A stretch of 63,652 nt of DNA, filler included, from Deltaproteobacteria bacterium (GTDB taxonomy: Bacteria > JAEEML01): assembly GCA_016283195.1 (NCBI GenBank). It is 6 parts of 6 records of this genome, joined end to end, with 100 filler letters (N's around TTAATTAATTAA, not from the genome) between each part and the next. Parts side by side here need not be neighbours in the genome. Positions count along the whole stretch, not along the records: positions 48,270 to 58,780 come from JAEEML010000104.1; 5 more parts are not named here. One strand, written 5' to 3'. This document shows positions 49,464 through 58,880 of this stretch, in pieces. Position 1 is the first letter of the stretch, and each line of letters begins with the position of its first letter. The translations under genes were made by a program, and so were the position numbers. The notes beneath the pieces were generated by a model. The model worked only from the letters and a program-made list of their open reading frames with translations, made no database searches and was not told where the DNA came from.

Positions 49464-50222
49464 TTAATTCCCCGCCTTGGCTGTAAGCCAACTCAGCCCA
49501 ATAGCTGCCGCTGCGCTAGCGTTTAAAGACTCAATAGCAGCAAAATTGCCGTTAATCTGGGTAAGGCGCACATTTTTGCGCACTTCGGCAGAAAGGCCGG
49601 TTTCCTCAGCGCCGATAACAAGCGCCAACGGATTATTAAGAGCCTTACCGGCATAAGAGGTAATATCGCCGCTACCGCGCATATCGAGGCCTAAAATGGT
49701 ATAGCCGCTTTTTTTGAGCATTTTGAGATCGGCAGAGAGATCGGCAGATTCCAAGAGGCTTAGGTGTTCCATAGCTCCTTCGGCCACTCTAAAGGCAGCG
49801 GTGCTCCAAAGAAGCGAGGGCGCTTTAGTAGAAACCAAAAGCGCTTTGGCCCCAAAAAAAGCGGCGCTCCGGGCAATAGCGCCGATATTATGCGGATTTT
49901 CTATGCCATCCAGCACTGCTATCAAGCGCGGCTCATTGGCCCACTCAGTAGCCAGTTCCGCCGTCATGGTGCCTATTTGCGGGCGGGAGAAAACGGCCAC
50001 TACCCCTTGATGAGCTGTGGAGCCGCATATAGTCGCGAGTTCCTCCTCGGAAACCAAGCGATATATGCGCTTTTTAGAAGCCAAAAATTTCATAGTACCC
50101 GGAAATTCCCGCGCCCGCTCTGCGGTACAAAAAAAGCGCCAAAGTTCATCACGGCGCTTATCCAAAGCAGCGGTCACCGCATGATAACCGCATAAAATCT
50201 GTTCATTTTTATTTGTTGGCAT
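49464..50222 (-). CDS. TrmH/SpoU family RNA methyltransferase
   Basis: HQGVVA, LDGIENPHNIGAIARSA, IGAEETGLS, ESLNAS. Confidence 0.9.
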   Translation of the reverse strand: MPTNKNEQILCGYHAVTAALDKRRDELWRFFCTAERAREFPGTMKFLASKKRIYRLVSEEELATICGSTAHQGVVAVFSRPQIGTMTAELATEWANEPRLIAVLDGIENPHNIGAIARSAAFFGAKALLVSTKAPSLLWSTAAFRVAEGAMEHLSLLESADLSADLKMLKKSGYTILGLDMRGSGDITSYAGKALNNPLALVIGAEETGLSAEVRKNVRLTQINGNFAAIESLNASAAAAIGLSWLTAKAGN

Positions 50223-50246
50223 ATTAGCCTCGGTGAAAGAAAAAAG

Positions 50247-50622
50247 TGAGACAGGCTATAAGCCGGGTTCTGTAAGCCTTAAAGGCCCGATAATCATTCA
50301 TCTAGGATAGCCGTTACCGACTACCTCAAGCGACCTACCCGGATCTGCTGCCGGCGGGCCACCGGTTACCGAAGTAGAGATCCCTATTTGGTTTTGCTCC
50401 GAATGGGGTTTACCTTGACCGCCAAACGTCACCGCCGGCGCGGTGTGCTCTTACCACACCATTTCACCTTTTCCACTGCCAGCACAAGGCCAAAAGTGGT
50501 AGTCTTTTTTCTGTGGCACTTTCCGTCGGGTCGCCCCGCCTGGCTGTTAGCCAGCATTCTGCCCTATGGAGCCCGGACTTTCCTCCCGCAGCCAAACTGC
50601 CGGTGATTATCCGCCTGTCTCA
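50247..50622 (-). ncRNA. rnpB: RNase P RNA, bacterial class A
   Basis: Reverse complement contains GAGGAAAGTCCGGGCTC, AGTGCCACAGAAA, GGTAAACCCC, and ACAGAACCCGGCTTATAG; P1 ends GAGACAGGC/GCCTGTCTC. Confidence 0.97.
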
Positions 50623-50632
50623 AAAGGGAATA

Positions 50633-50980
50633 TTAGCGGAGATCGCGATCTTTAATACGGGCAGCTTTACCGGCCAATTTGCGCAGATAGTACAGTTTAG
50701 CACGGCGCACTTTACCATGGCTCACCACATCAATTTTGGCCACAGCCGGAGCATGTAGAGGGAAAATTCTCTCTACGCCCACGCCATAAGAAACTTTGCG
50801 CACAGTGATGGTCTCTTGCAAACCGCCGTGATTGCGGGCGATGCAAACGCCTTCAAATTGTTGAATACGCTCTTTTTCGCCTTCCACAACCTTCACGCTG
50901 ACGCGCACGGTATCGCCGGCTCTAAAAAGCGGAATATCTTTACGAATTTGCTCTTTTTCCAATTCTTTAATCAGGTTCAT
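50633..50980 (-). CDS. rplS: 50S ribosomal protein L19
   Basis: [48 protein letters not shown] before MNLIK. Confidence 0.97.
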   Translation of the reverse strand: MNLIKELEKEQIRKDIPLFRAGDTVRVSVKVVEGEKERIQQFEGVCIARNHGGLQETITVRKVSYGVGVERIFPLHAPAVAKIDVVSHGKVRRAKLYYLRKLAGKAARIKDRDLR

Positions 50981-51065
50981 CTTATCCTCCGCAGCCCTTG
51001 GCCACATTTCTTGTGGCGCACTATACTCTTTTAAATAAAAAAGGCAAGCTATTTTTATAGAAAAC

Positions 51066-51827
51066 TCATTGCAGCCAAATTTTACCGAGAGACAAAAAGC
51101 CCAGCAACAGCGTTCCCACACCGATAGCGATACGCACCTTAGCGGCACTTAGGCGCTTTACGGTTAAAACCGAAAAAGGCACCGATATGAGGCCGCCTAA
51201 AAGCAGTGGCACAACCAGAGAAATATCTATATTCTTGCCCCTAGCCAGATAAACAATAATAGCCACCAGGCAGGTTGCCGCCTCGGCTATGGAAGTAATA
51301 CCCACAGCCTGTTTGGGTGAAACACCGGAAACCACCTGGCCGCCGGTAATCAGCGGGCCGTAACCGCCGCCGGAAAGTCCTTTATTAAAAGCTGCTATAG
51401 CGCCCAGTGTCACTATGTGCCCTACTCTAAAGCGCAGAGTTTGCTTATAAGTTATTAGGATGATCAACCCCATCAGGGTGATAATAATGCCTATTACGGT
51501 ACCTAAAACCACTTTGGAAATACTCAGCGCCACAAAGACAGCAAGAGTAGCACCTACCACCGAGAGCGCGGCTAAAATAACTGTTGTTCTCCTGGCAACG
51601 GCATCGTTAAAGAGGTTTAGATTACCGGCTTTTTGGTGCAACAGGCCGGCAAGTATCCCGCTAAAAAGCTCGCTCACCAAAATTGCCGGCACTACTTGTA
51701 AGGGTTCATAACCGGCTAAAAGCAAAATAGGTGTCAAAGTAGTGCCGTAACCCATACCCAAGCCGGAATCAATAAATTCGCAACAAGCGGCGGCAAGCAA
51801 GATCAAAATAAAGGTAGCGATAGACAT
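51066..51827 (-). CDS. Sulfite exporter TauE/SafE family membrane protein
   Basis: [19 protein letters not shown]; hydrophobic. Confidence 0.88.
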   Translation of the reverse strand: MSIATFILILLAAACCEFIDSGLGMGYGTTLTPILLLAGYEPLQVVPAILVSELFSGILAGLLHQKAGNLNLFNDAVARRTTVILAALSVVGATLAVFVALSISKVVLGTVIGIIITLMGLIILITYKQTLRFRVGHIVTLGAIAAFNKGLSGGGYGPLITGGQVVSGVSPKQAVGITSIAEAATCLVAIIVYLARGKNIDISLVVPLLLGGLISVPFSVLTVKRLSAAKVRIAIGVGTLLLGFLSLGKIWLQ

Positions 51828-51879
51828 CAGCGCCTCCCAGTAGCGGGAAGCATATAACTAAAAAGCGCGGAGAGCAAAA

Positions 51880-53637
51880 TTATGGTCCGAGGTAAATAGG
51901 AAATGAATGATTGGCACAGCTATCATATTTGTCACAAGCGGAACAATAAAGATAACTGGTATTCATAGGAACTGAGAACAAATCCTGACTGGAAGAATCA
52001 AAGCTTAATTCCAGAGCATAACTACCAGGGAAGTATTCTTTAAGAGCCTCATCAGCAATAACCTCTGGCTGAACAGGAACAGGGCCAGAGCCATCAGTAG
52101 TTGCATCACCATCGTCATTGTCTTCGCTGTCGGTAGCGGTATCACTGACGCCATCGCCGTCGGTAGCGGCATCATCAACAAAAGTGGTTTGTAAAAACAG
52201 GCAGGACACTTCAGTAGCACCATCATTTATTTGTTCATTACAAGCAGAAGGCAGTTTTAAATAAGGTATTAACGTTCCGTAAAATTTACAAGACAAATGA
52301 CTCATTTCATCCTGTTCTGGATCATCAAATTGCAATACGACTGTCAGCTCGCCCTCTTGATTAGCAATTACCGGATAATCTTCATAAGATTTTGGCGGAC
52401 TATTATCGCTAATATCCACAATATCCACTACAATCGCCGCACTTTCTGCACATATTTGATAATCGCAAACTTTTAGTTTGAAAACCAAAGTTGTTGGATT
52501 TTCCGGCGCAATAAAGGAAAGAGTCGGCGCATCGGCAGAGGTTATAAAATCGGCCGGCCCGCCCCATAACTGTTGCCAGGAAAAAGTGAGGGGGTCGCCA
52601 TCATAATCATAGCTGCTCTGGCCATCAATAGTCACAATTTGCCCGACATGGCCCTTTACTCTAAGAGGCGCCACCGGCAATGGCACATGGTCATTAGCCA
52701 GTGGGCTAACATTTATTTTGTACAAATAAGGAGCTGATTCCCACTCGCCGTCAGTTACAGTGACAATAAATGCCAGTTGCTGCACTTCCATAGGCAGCTT
52801 AAAACTCATAGAAGTATCGGCGGCTTTAACATCAACCACCGCTCCCCTAAGCTGTTGCCAACGCAAATATTGATAACTGGGTAAATTTTGCGAAAGGACA
52901 GCATTTAATACCAGCTCCTGTCCCGGAAGGGCCTGGCTCACGCTTTCAAGAGCTGTAATTTCCGGCAAAGACACGGCATGGTAATAGGTGCTTTCATCAA
53001 AGAGAAAAAGATAATCAGGAGCGGAAGAAAGGCCGTTATCGGATCCGGTAAGAGCCCATATTGAAAAGTCACTATCAAAGTCAGTAATTATATCTTCTCC
53101 GGCGCCGATTGAGCAATCGGAAACTCGCACCCGCTCAAATCTAGCATTGCCGCTATCCAAAACGATATCATCAGGCCCAGGTCTGGCACCAAATGGTGCT
53201 AAGCGGTCGGCACCGGCCAAGACAATAGGCCCAAGGCCATGTTGCTCAATATCATTAGTCACCACTATCCGCACTTCATCGTATGTACAATGGCGACCAT
53301 CACCGGCCTCCAGAGTGAAAGTAAGAACACACTCCGTAAGCGGCGCTAAGAAGGTAGGGTTAGCACTAAAAGCGCTGGAAAGCATTACTACCGGCTCAGT
53401 GCCTTTCAGTACTTGCTGCCAACGCATATTGATCCTGCCACCGCCAGGTTGATAAGTGCCCCGCCCCTCCAAAGTCACCAGAGTAGCCGGCGGAACTGCT
53501 TGATCGGCGCCGGCCGAAGCCAAAGGCGGCATAGCGTTATAGGCATCATTTACTTCCCCTCTCCGGGGACTAAAATAATCAGCGTACATGCATCCGCTGA
53601 GAAAGCTTATAAGTAGAAAAAGTGCTGCCAGTTTCAT
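51880..53637 (-). CDS. Lipoprotein with PKD/K319L-like beta-sandwich repeats
   Basis: Lipobox LSGC; AGADQ.V....VTLEG, IDGQSSYDYDGDPLTFSWQQLWG, LVFKLKV. Confidence 0.75.
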   Translation of the reverse strand: MKLAALFLLISFLSGCMYADYFSPRRGEVNDAYNAMPPLASAGADQAVPPATLVTLEGRGTYQPGGGRINMRWQQVLKGTEPVVMLSSAFSANPTFLAPLTECVLTFTLEAGDGRHCTYDEVRIVVTNDIEQHGLGPIVLAGADRLAPFGARPGPDDIVLDSGNARFERVRVSDCSIGAGEDIITDFDSDFSIWALTGSDNGLSSAPDYLFLFDESTYYHAVSLPEITALESVSQALPGQELVLNAVLSQNLPSYQYLRWQQLRGAVVDVKAADTSMSFKLPMEVQQLAFIVTVTDGEWESAPYLYKINVSPLANDHVPLPVAPLRVKGHVGQIVTIDGQSSYDYDGDPLTFSWQQLWGGPADFITSADAPTLSFIAPENPTTLVFKLKVCDYQICAESAAIVVDIVDISDNSPPKSYEDYPVIANQEGELTVVLQFDDPEQDEMSHLSCKFYGTLIPYLKLPSACNEQINDGATEVSCLFLQTTFVDDAATDGDGVSDTATDSEDNDDGDATTDGSGPVPVQPEVIADEALKEYFPGSYALELSFDSSSQDLFSVPMNTSYLYCSACDKYDSCANHSFPIYLGP

Positions 53638-53782
53638 CACCACCTCGCAACATCACTATTGCAATTTACATACCAAATATAATTTTAGCAACAATTCAGC
53701 TACTTATCGGTTTACTTTCTGGAAAGTGTCATCTTATGGCGTGCCATTTTTGGCAGAAGTACGCATTTTTTGCGTAGTATGA

Positions 53783-55159
53783 CTAGTTATCGAGATCGTG
53801 ATTTAAAGCCGGATCAGGAACCGGGGCCGCCTCTTTGGGGGAAGAAACTTTTAATTTAAGAATCTTTTCGGCACTTTCCGGGTCAGAAAGTTGCAAATCG
53901 GTACCGGCACTGAATTGCTGGACAAAGCTAATTATCTTGCGGGCATCGCTATCGGTCCAGATTCCAAACCAGCTACCGGTACGGGCAGAATCAATACTTG
54001 GATAAAGCTGGAATAATTCCAAGCAACGATCATAAGCTTGCTGTCTGGTGGGCACTTTGCCGTTTTCGGCAATCCAGCCCACATACCAAGCTCTATATTC
54101 AGCCTGGAAATATTTATAAGTAGCCCGGTTTCTATCGCCATTTACCTGGTGGCTCACTTCGTGCGGAATAGTTGCCAAAACAGCGTGACGGGCCATAGCG
54201 CTATTTTTGGGATAAGCGCTGTTACCAGCCGGCACCAGAGCTTCATTTATATAGATGCCCTTTTGCCCATCAATAGCATAGCCATAGGTTATTTTACCCG
54301 GGTCATCATCCATTTCCACAAAGGCCAGAGGAATTTCGCCGCTTAGAAGCCGTCCCATGGTGTTATCAAGAAGAATATTTTGGTCGGAACCGGGATTTTT
54401 CTGGCTCACTTCGGCCAAATAAGCAATACACTTGGCCGCGCGCTGTTGATCCGGAAGCTCCATTTTGTTAAACCATTTGACATCGCTGAGCTTTGCCAAA
54501 TGCTTAATAGAATTGGTATTAGTAAAATTCTTACACTGCGACAAAAGAGCCACCTGGGTCTTATCATTAGCGGAAATGAAACCTTTGGCTTTTAACAAAG
54601 TAGCAAGTTCGGTAGCCAGTTCGGCCGCCTTAGAAGCATTGGTAACGGTGGAAATAATAAGATTTTGCCCTTCGGAGGAAATTTTATCGGTGTATTTAAA
54701 AAGCCCCACCACTTTGTCGAAAGCGGTATCATCCAAACGAACAGCCAATTTTACCATAGCTGTTTGTGCGCCTAAAGAGAGTTTGGCAAAACCGGCATTT
54801 TCCGTAAGTACTTTTTGGCGCTCGGCCGGCAGTTTTTTCCACTCTTTGCTTTTGGTTATAGATTTATCAAGTTCAACCGGCGCCTCGGTGGCTTCCGGCA
54901 GGATGGTTACTTCATAAAGCTCGGCTGAAAAGCTGGCTTTTTCGGCACTCTTAGCAGATGAAGTGGGTGGTAGCGAAAGTTTGGCCGCTTTTTTGGCCCC
55001 GGTAGCCGCCTCTTCGGGCTCCTTTTCCAAAGTATCAGCGGTTGGTAAAGGTAATTTAGCTACCTCACCGGCCTTAACATCAGCCGACGCGCTACCGGCA
55101 GGTTCGTAGGAAACGCCATAAACATTAAGCCCACTCTGTCCACCAATTCCGCTAATCAT
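53783..55159 (-). CDS. HExxH zincin-like protein, paralog 3
   Basis: MISGIGGQSG leader; ATIPHEVSHQVNGD..ATYKYFQAEYRAWYVG. Confidence 0.8.
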   Translation of the reverse strand: MISGIGGQSGLNVYGVSYEPAGSASADVKAGEVAKLPLPTADTLEKEPEEAATGAKKAAKLSLPPTSSAKSAEKASFSAELYEVTILPEATEAPVELDKSITKSKEWKKLPAERQKVLTENAGFAKLSLGAQTAMVKLAVRLDDTAFDKVVGLFKYTDKISSEGQNLIISTVTNASKAAELATELATLLKAKGFISANDKTQVALLSQCKNFTNTNSIKHLAKLSDVKWFNKMELPDQQRAAKCIAYLAEVSQKNPGSDQNILLDNTMGRLLSGEIPLAFVEMDDDPGKITYGYAIDGQKGIYINEALVPAGNSAYPKNSAMARHAVLATIPHEVSHQVNGDRNRATYKYFQAEYRAWYVGWIAENGKVPTRQQAYDRCLELFQLYPSIDSARTGSWFGIWTDSDARKIISFVQQFSAGTDLQLSDPESAEKILKLKVSSPKEAAPVPDPALNHDLDN

Positions 55160-55186
55160 CTTTTGCTCCTTTTTAAGCTTAAATTG

Positions 55187-55786
55187 TTAATTAAGTTCCA
55201 TAGCTTCAAGCACAGGGCCATCGGCGCCAAAAATTACCCGGCAAAAATAAAAGAGATTGACCGGCGATGAAAAGCTATAAAATTCCAGCACTTTGCGGCC
55301 GTTGTCATCTTTTATAAGCGGCTTGAAATTCTTGGTAGGCGTAGCCAGTTCCGGGTGATCCGCTTCAAGATCGCGCAGCCAGACAGATCCGACAGGGGCC
55401 CCAAAATGGCCAAACATCACGCTGAGACGGGCTATAGTAATGGGATCTTCTTTAGCCGGTTCCGCAAAGCAGGCAGCCAATATTTTAGCAAAATTTTCTT
55501 TTTTATTAGCGGCTAAAACCTCCCCGCCGATAATAGCATAGCGCCGCGGCGGCATACCGTGAGCTTCCGGCTGCGCTTCCACAATGGGGCACTTTTGGTT
55601 ATCCCAATTAGCCAGCATATTAAGTGCTATTTTATCTTTCGGGAAATGGGTACGCGTAGCAGTGTCATTAAGAATAACTTCTTGTAATTCTTTGGAAACA
55701 GGCAGTTCTTTTGCAGACATTGTACAACCTCCGGCGAGTAAGCTTAGCAAAAAAAGAGCACAGCCACACAGCAATTTATACTTCAT
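55187..55786 (-). CDS. Hypothetical lipoprotein
   Basis: MKYK + hydrophobic stretch + LAGGC lipobox. Confidence 0.75.
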   Translation of the reverse strand: MKYKLLCGCALFLLSLLAGGCTMSAKELPVSKELQEVILNDTATRTHFPKDKIALNMLANWDNQKCPIVEAQPEAHGMPPRRYAIIGGEVLAANKKENFAKILAACFAEPAKEDPITIARLSVMFGHFGAPVGSVWLRDLEADHPELATPTKNFKPLIKDDNGRKVLEFYSFSSPVNLFYFCRVIFGADGPVLEAMELN

Positions 55787-55812
55787 AAAGCTCTCTGCCA
55801 ATCATTTTTATT

Positions 55813-56970
55813 TCAGTTATAAATATTCGGCATAAGATCGGCATCCGGCAAGGGAGCCGGGGCATTAGGATCTGTAACTGTAAGACGCATAATTTCGAGA
55901 GCGGTAGGCCGCTTGGAAGAAGGGGCAAATTGCTGCATAAAATTAATAATTCTATCGGTATGCCCGTTAAGTGCCGTGCGGGCTTTATTGATATTGGGGT
56001 AATCCACAAAGAGCAAATTGCAATGTCTATAAGCCTGAATGCGGGTGGGCGGCTCGCCGGTCTCGGCAATGGTGCCCACATACCAAGCGCGATATTCGGC
56101 CTGGAAATAGGCGTAAGTGGCCGCGTTTTTATCGCCGTTTACATGATGATTTACTTCATGAGCAATAGTGGCCAGCACCACATGGCGGGATTCGTATTTG
56201 TTCACCGGGAAAGGATCATTACCATCCGGCACAAAGCTCTCTTTAATACAAATTAAAGTCTTGGCAAAACCGCTCATACCAGGCAGTGATTCCGTCTTGG
56301 TATAGCCATAATTCTGCTTGCCGTCGGCCGGCACAAATTGTAACTGAATCTCGCTGCCAAAGAGCCGCTCAATGGTATTATTGAGCAAGACGTTTTGCTC
56401 CGAACCGGGCTTTTTGATGCTCACTTCGGCCATATAAGCTATACATTTGGCTGCCCGCTGCTGATCGGCAAGATCCATTTTTTTAAACCATGAAGCCGAG
56501 CCAAGTCTCGAAAGATATTTTATGGAATTGGCATTAGGATAATTCTTGCACTGGCTAAGAATGGCCAGCTGCGTAGCGGCAGAGGCTTTTTTAAAGCCGG
56601 CTGAGGCCAAAAGGCTCTTAAAAGCCTGCGACACGCCGGATGTTTCAGCCGATAAAGCGGCTATAATAGCTTCCGGAGTATCAAGCGGGGCCGGCTCTTC
56701 GGGGTTAGCTATAACAGTTACGTCAAGAGCTTCCTTGGTGTTTACGGAAGTTATGGTTTGCCCGCCGGTAGCTGTCGGCAGAGTAAGCTGGCTACCTTCT
56801 TTGGCGCCGGGAGCTACCGGAGCGGTGCTTTCTTTTTCCAAAGTATCACTGGCGGCAGGTATAGTCTTGGGGCTTTCCGCCGCCGGGGCTGCCACTATGT
56901 TTTGCTCTCCTTCGGCGGAGATATTAACGTTATTCCAATTACTTTGACCACCAATTCCGCTTACCATCAT
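55813..56970 (-). CDS. HExxH zincin-like protein, paralog 2
   Basis: MVSGIGGQS leader; ATIAHEVNHHVNGD..ATYAYFQAEYRAWYVG. Confidence 0.8.
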   Translation of the reverse strand: MMVSGIGGQSNWNNVNISAEGEQNIVAAPAAESPKTIPAASDTLEKESTAPVAPGAKEGSQLTLPTATGGQTITSVNTKEALDVTVIANPEEPAPLDTPEAIIAALSAETSGVSQAFKSLLASAGFKKASAATQLAILSQCKNYPNANSIKYLSRLGSASWFKKMDLADQQRAAKCIAYMAEVSIKKPGSEQNVLLNNTIERLFGSEIQLQFVPADGKQNYGYTKTESLPGMSGFAKTLICIKESFVPDGNDPFPVNKYESRHVVLATIAHEVNHHVNGDKNAATYAYFQAEYRAWYVGTIAETGEPPTRIQAYRHCNLLFVDYPNINKARTALNGHTDRIINFMQQFAPSSKRPTALEIMRLTVTDPNAPAPLPDADLMPNIYN

Positions 56971-57049
56971 TAACTCCTATGACCCCCATAGAGATTTACT
57001 CCTTAGGAGGCCAATATTTTATAAACTTTGCCGGTTATTAACAAGCATT

Positions 57050-58780
57050 TTAATTATCCATATCGGGGTTCAAAGAGGCATCGGGCACCGGCGCCGCCTT
57101 ATTACCGTTTTTAACGCTTTTTTGCAAAAAATTATTCAGCTGCTTTGCGCTTTGCAAATTAATATCCTTAACACCCAGCATCTGATTCATAAAACTAAGC
57201 ATTCTGGCGCGCTCTTCCGGAACATCAAAAAGCGCTTCATGGATAGTGGGATAAATATTTATCAGCACCACACAGCGCTCAAAAGCCTCCACGCGTGTGG
57301 GTTCTTTACCGTTTTCGGCAAGATAGCCCACATACCAGGCGCGATACTCAGCCTGGAAATATTCATAAGTCGCTTCATTAATATCGTTATTAACCTGATG
57401 GCTCACCTCATGGGGAATGGTAGCCAAAATAGCTTCTCTGGAATAGGCGTTGTTCTTGGGATAAGCTTTGTTGCCATCGGGGACAAGTGATTTATTGATA
57501 TATATCCCGCTGGTTCCCGGCAAAGCATAGCCAAAGGTAATTTTATCCGGATCGTCGGCAATTTCCACAAAAGCGAGCGGTATCTCATCCGACAAAAGGC
57601 GAACCAGGGTATTGGCAATAATAGTTTGTTGCGCCGAACCATCTTTAGTTTCGCCGACTTCCGCCAGATAAGCTATAGATTTGGCCGCCCGCTGTTTGTC
57701 GGAAAGCGTCATATCCTTAAACCAGGCGGCGGCGGTAAGACGTTGCAAATTTTTGGCTGAAACTGGGTTCGGAAAATTCTTACATTGCGAAAGAATAGCC
57801 TCGCGCACCTCTTTGTCGGCTTTTATAATGTTTTTGTCGTTAAGCAGATGGCCCATAGCGGCCGCCATCTCGCTCATCTTGGAGCTCTCTTTTATGGCAT
57901 TTAAGAGCAATGCGCTTTCATCGGCCGATAGAGAAATGTCTTTATCCCTAAAAATGGCCAAAACGTTATTAAGACCGGCGCTATCTATCAAAGCGCATAT
58001 AGAGAGCATAGCCTTCTTATTGCTACTATTTAAGGCTTTATATTTACTATCTTGCAAAAGTTCCAAAAGAGCCCCGGCCAGAGCTTCCGGCTCAGCGCTT
58101 TTATTAATATTTTTAAGTATTTGTTTGCGATTAGATTTAGAAAGGTCTTTAAATACGGCACTATTTTCGAGCTCTTTTACCGCAGCCGGCGGATTTTCCA
58201 CCACAACTTCCACATTAGCAAGAAGCGTCGGCATATCCGTAAGAAGCGCTTTTTCGGCGTCCAAAATCTTAGTGATACCGGCTTTAAGAGTTAAAATTTC
58301 GCCATCAAGCTGCACATTTTGGCTAGTTTCGGCAAAATTAAGCTTTACATCGCCGGCTAAAATTTGCTCCAAAGCATATTGTAGGCCAAGCTCTTCTTCA
58401 TAATTATCGGGCCGCGCTATGGCCAGGCCGATATAACTAACCAACGCCAGAGCTTCCCGTTGATAGTCCGCATCAGCAGCTTTAAACCAGGTGGCGCTCA
58501 GAAGAGCATTCATATTATCAATGGTGCGCGGCGTAGCTCCCGCTTTAAGGGTGTTAAGTATGGCGGTTTTCTGGTCTTGCGGCAGGGCCTTAAAATCGCT
58601 ATTTTCCAATAAATCGCCCAGCCTTTTGATGGTGCTTTCCATAGCGCAAACCGCATAAATGGTATCAATATAAGCTAGGCGGGCCGGGCGCTCCAAAGAT
58701 TTAAAGGCCGCGTTATTTTGCAAAGCGCAAATGGCATTTTTCACATTGATATCCGAGCGATCCCCGGTTTTCATGGCCCG
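57050..58780 (-). CDS. HExxH zincin-like protein, paralog 1, 5'-truncated by contig end
   Basis: ATIPHEVSHQVNND..ATYEYFQAEYRAWYVG; extra helical repeats. Confidence 0.8.
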   Translation of the reverse strand, partial: RAMKTGDRSDINVKNAICALQNNAAFKSLERPARLAYIDTIYAVCAMESTIKRLGDLLENSDFKALPQDQKTAILNTLKAGATPRTIDNMNALLSATWFKAADADYQREALALVSYIGLAIARPDNYEEELGLQYALEQILAGDVKLNFAETSQNVQLDGEILTLKAGITKILDAEKALLTDMPTLLANVEVVVENPPAAVKELENSAVFKDLSKSNRKQILKNINKSAEPEALAGALLELLQDSKYKALNSSNKKAMLSICALIDSAGLNNVLAIFRDKDISLSADESALLLNAIKESSKMSEMAAAMGHLLNDKNIIKADKEVREAILSQCKNFPNPVSAKNLQRLTAAAWFKDMTLSDKQRAAKSIAYLAEVGETKDGSAQQTIIANTLVRLLSDEIPLAFVEIADDPDKITFGYALPGTSGIYINKSLVPDGNKAYPKNNAYSREAILATIPHEVSHQVNNDINEATYEYFQAEYRAWYVGYLAENGKEPTRVEAFERCVVLINIYPTIHEALFDVPEERARMLSFMNQMLGVKDINLQSAKQLNNFLQKSVKNGNKAAPVPDASLNPDMDN

Positions 58781-58880
58781 NNNNNNNNNNNNNNNNNNNN
58801 NNNNNNNNNNNNNNNNNNNNNNNNTTAATTAATTAANNNNNNNNNNNNNNNNNNNNNNNNNNNNNNNNNNNNNNNNNNNN
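58781..58880. other. Assembly contig linker
   Basis: N-run + TTAATTAATTAA. Confidence 0.98.

Noticed and set aside
50388-50758. Plus-strand ORFs at 50388 and 50513
   Set aside because: Antisense to rnpB and rplS
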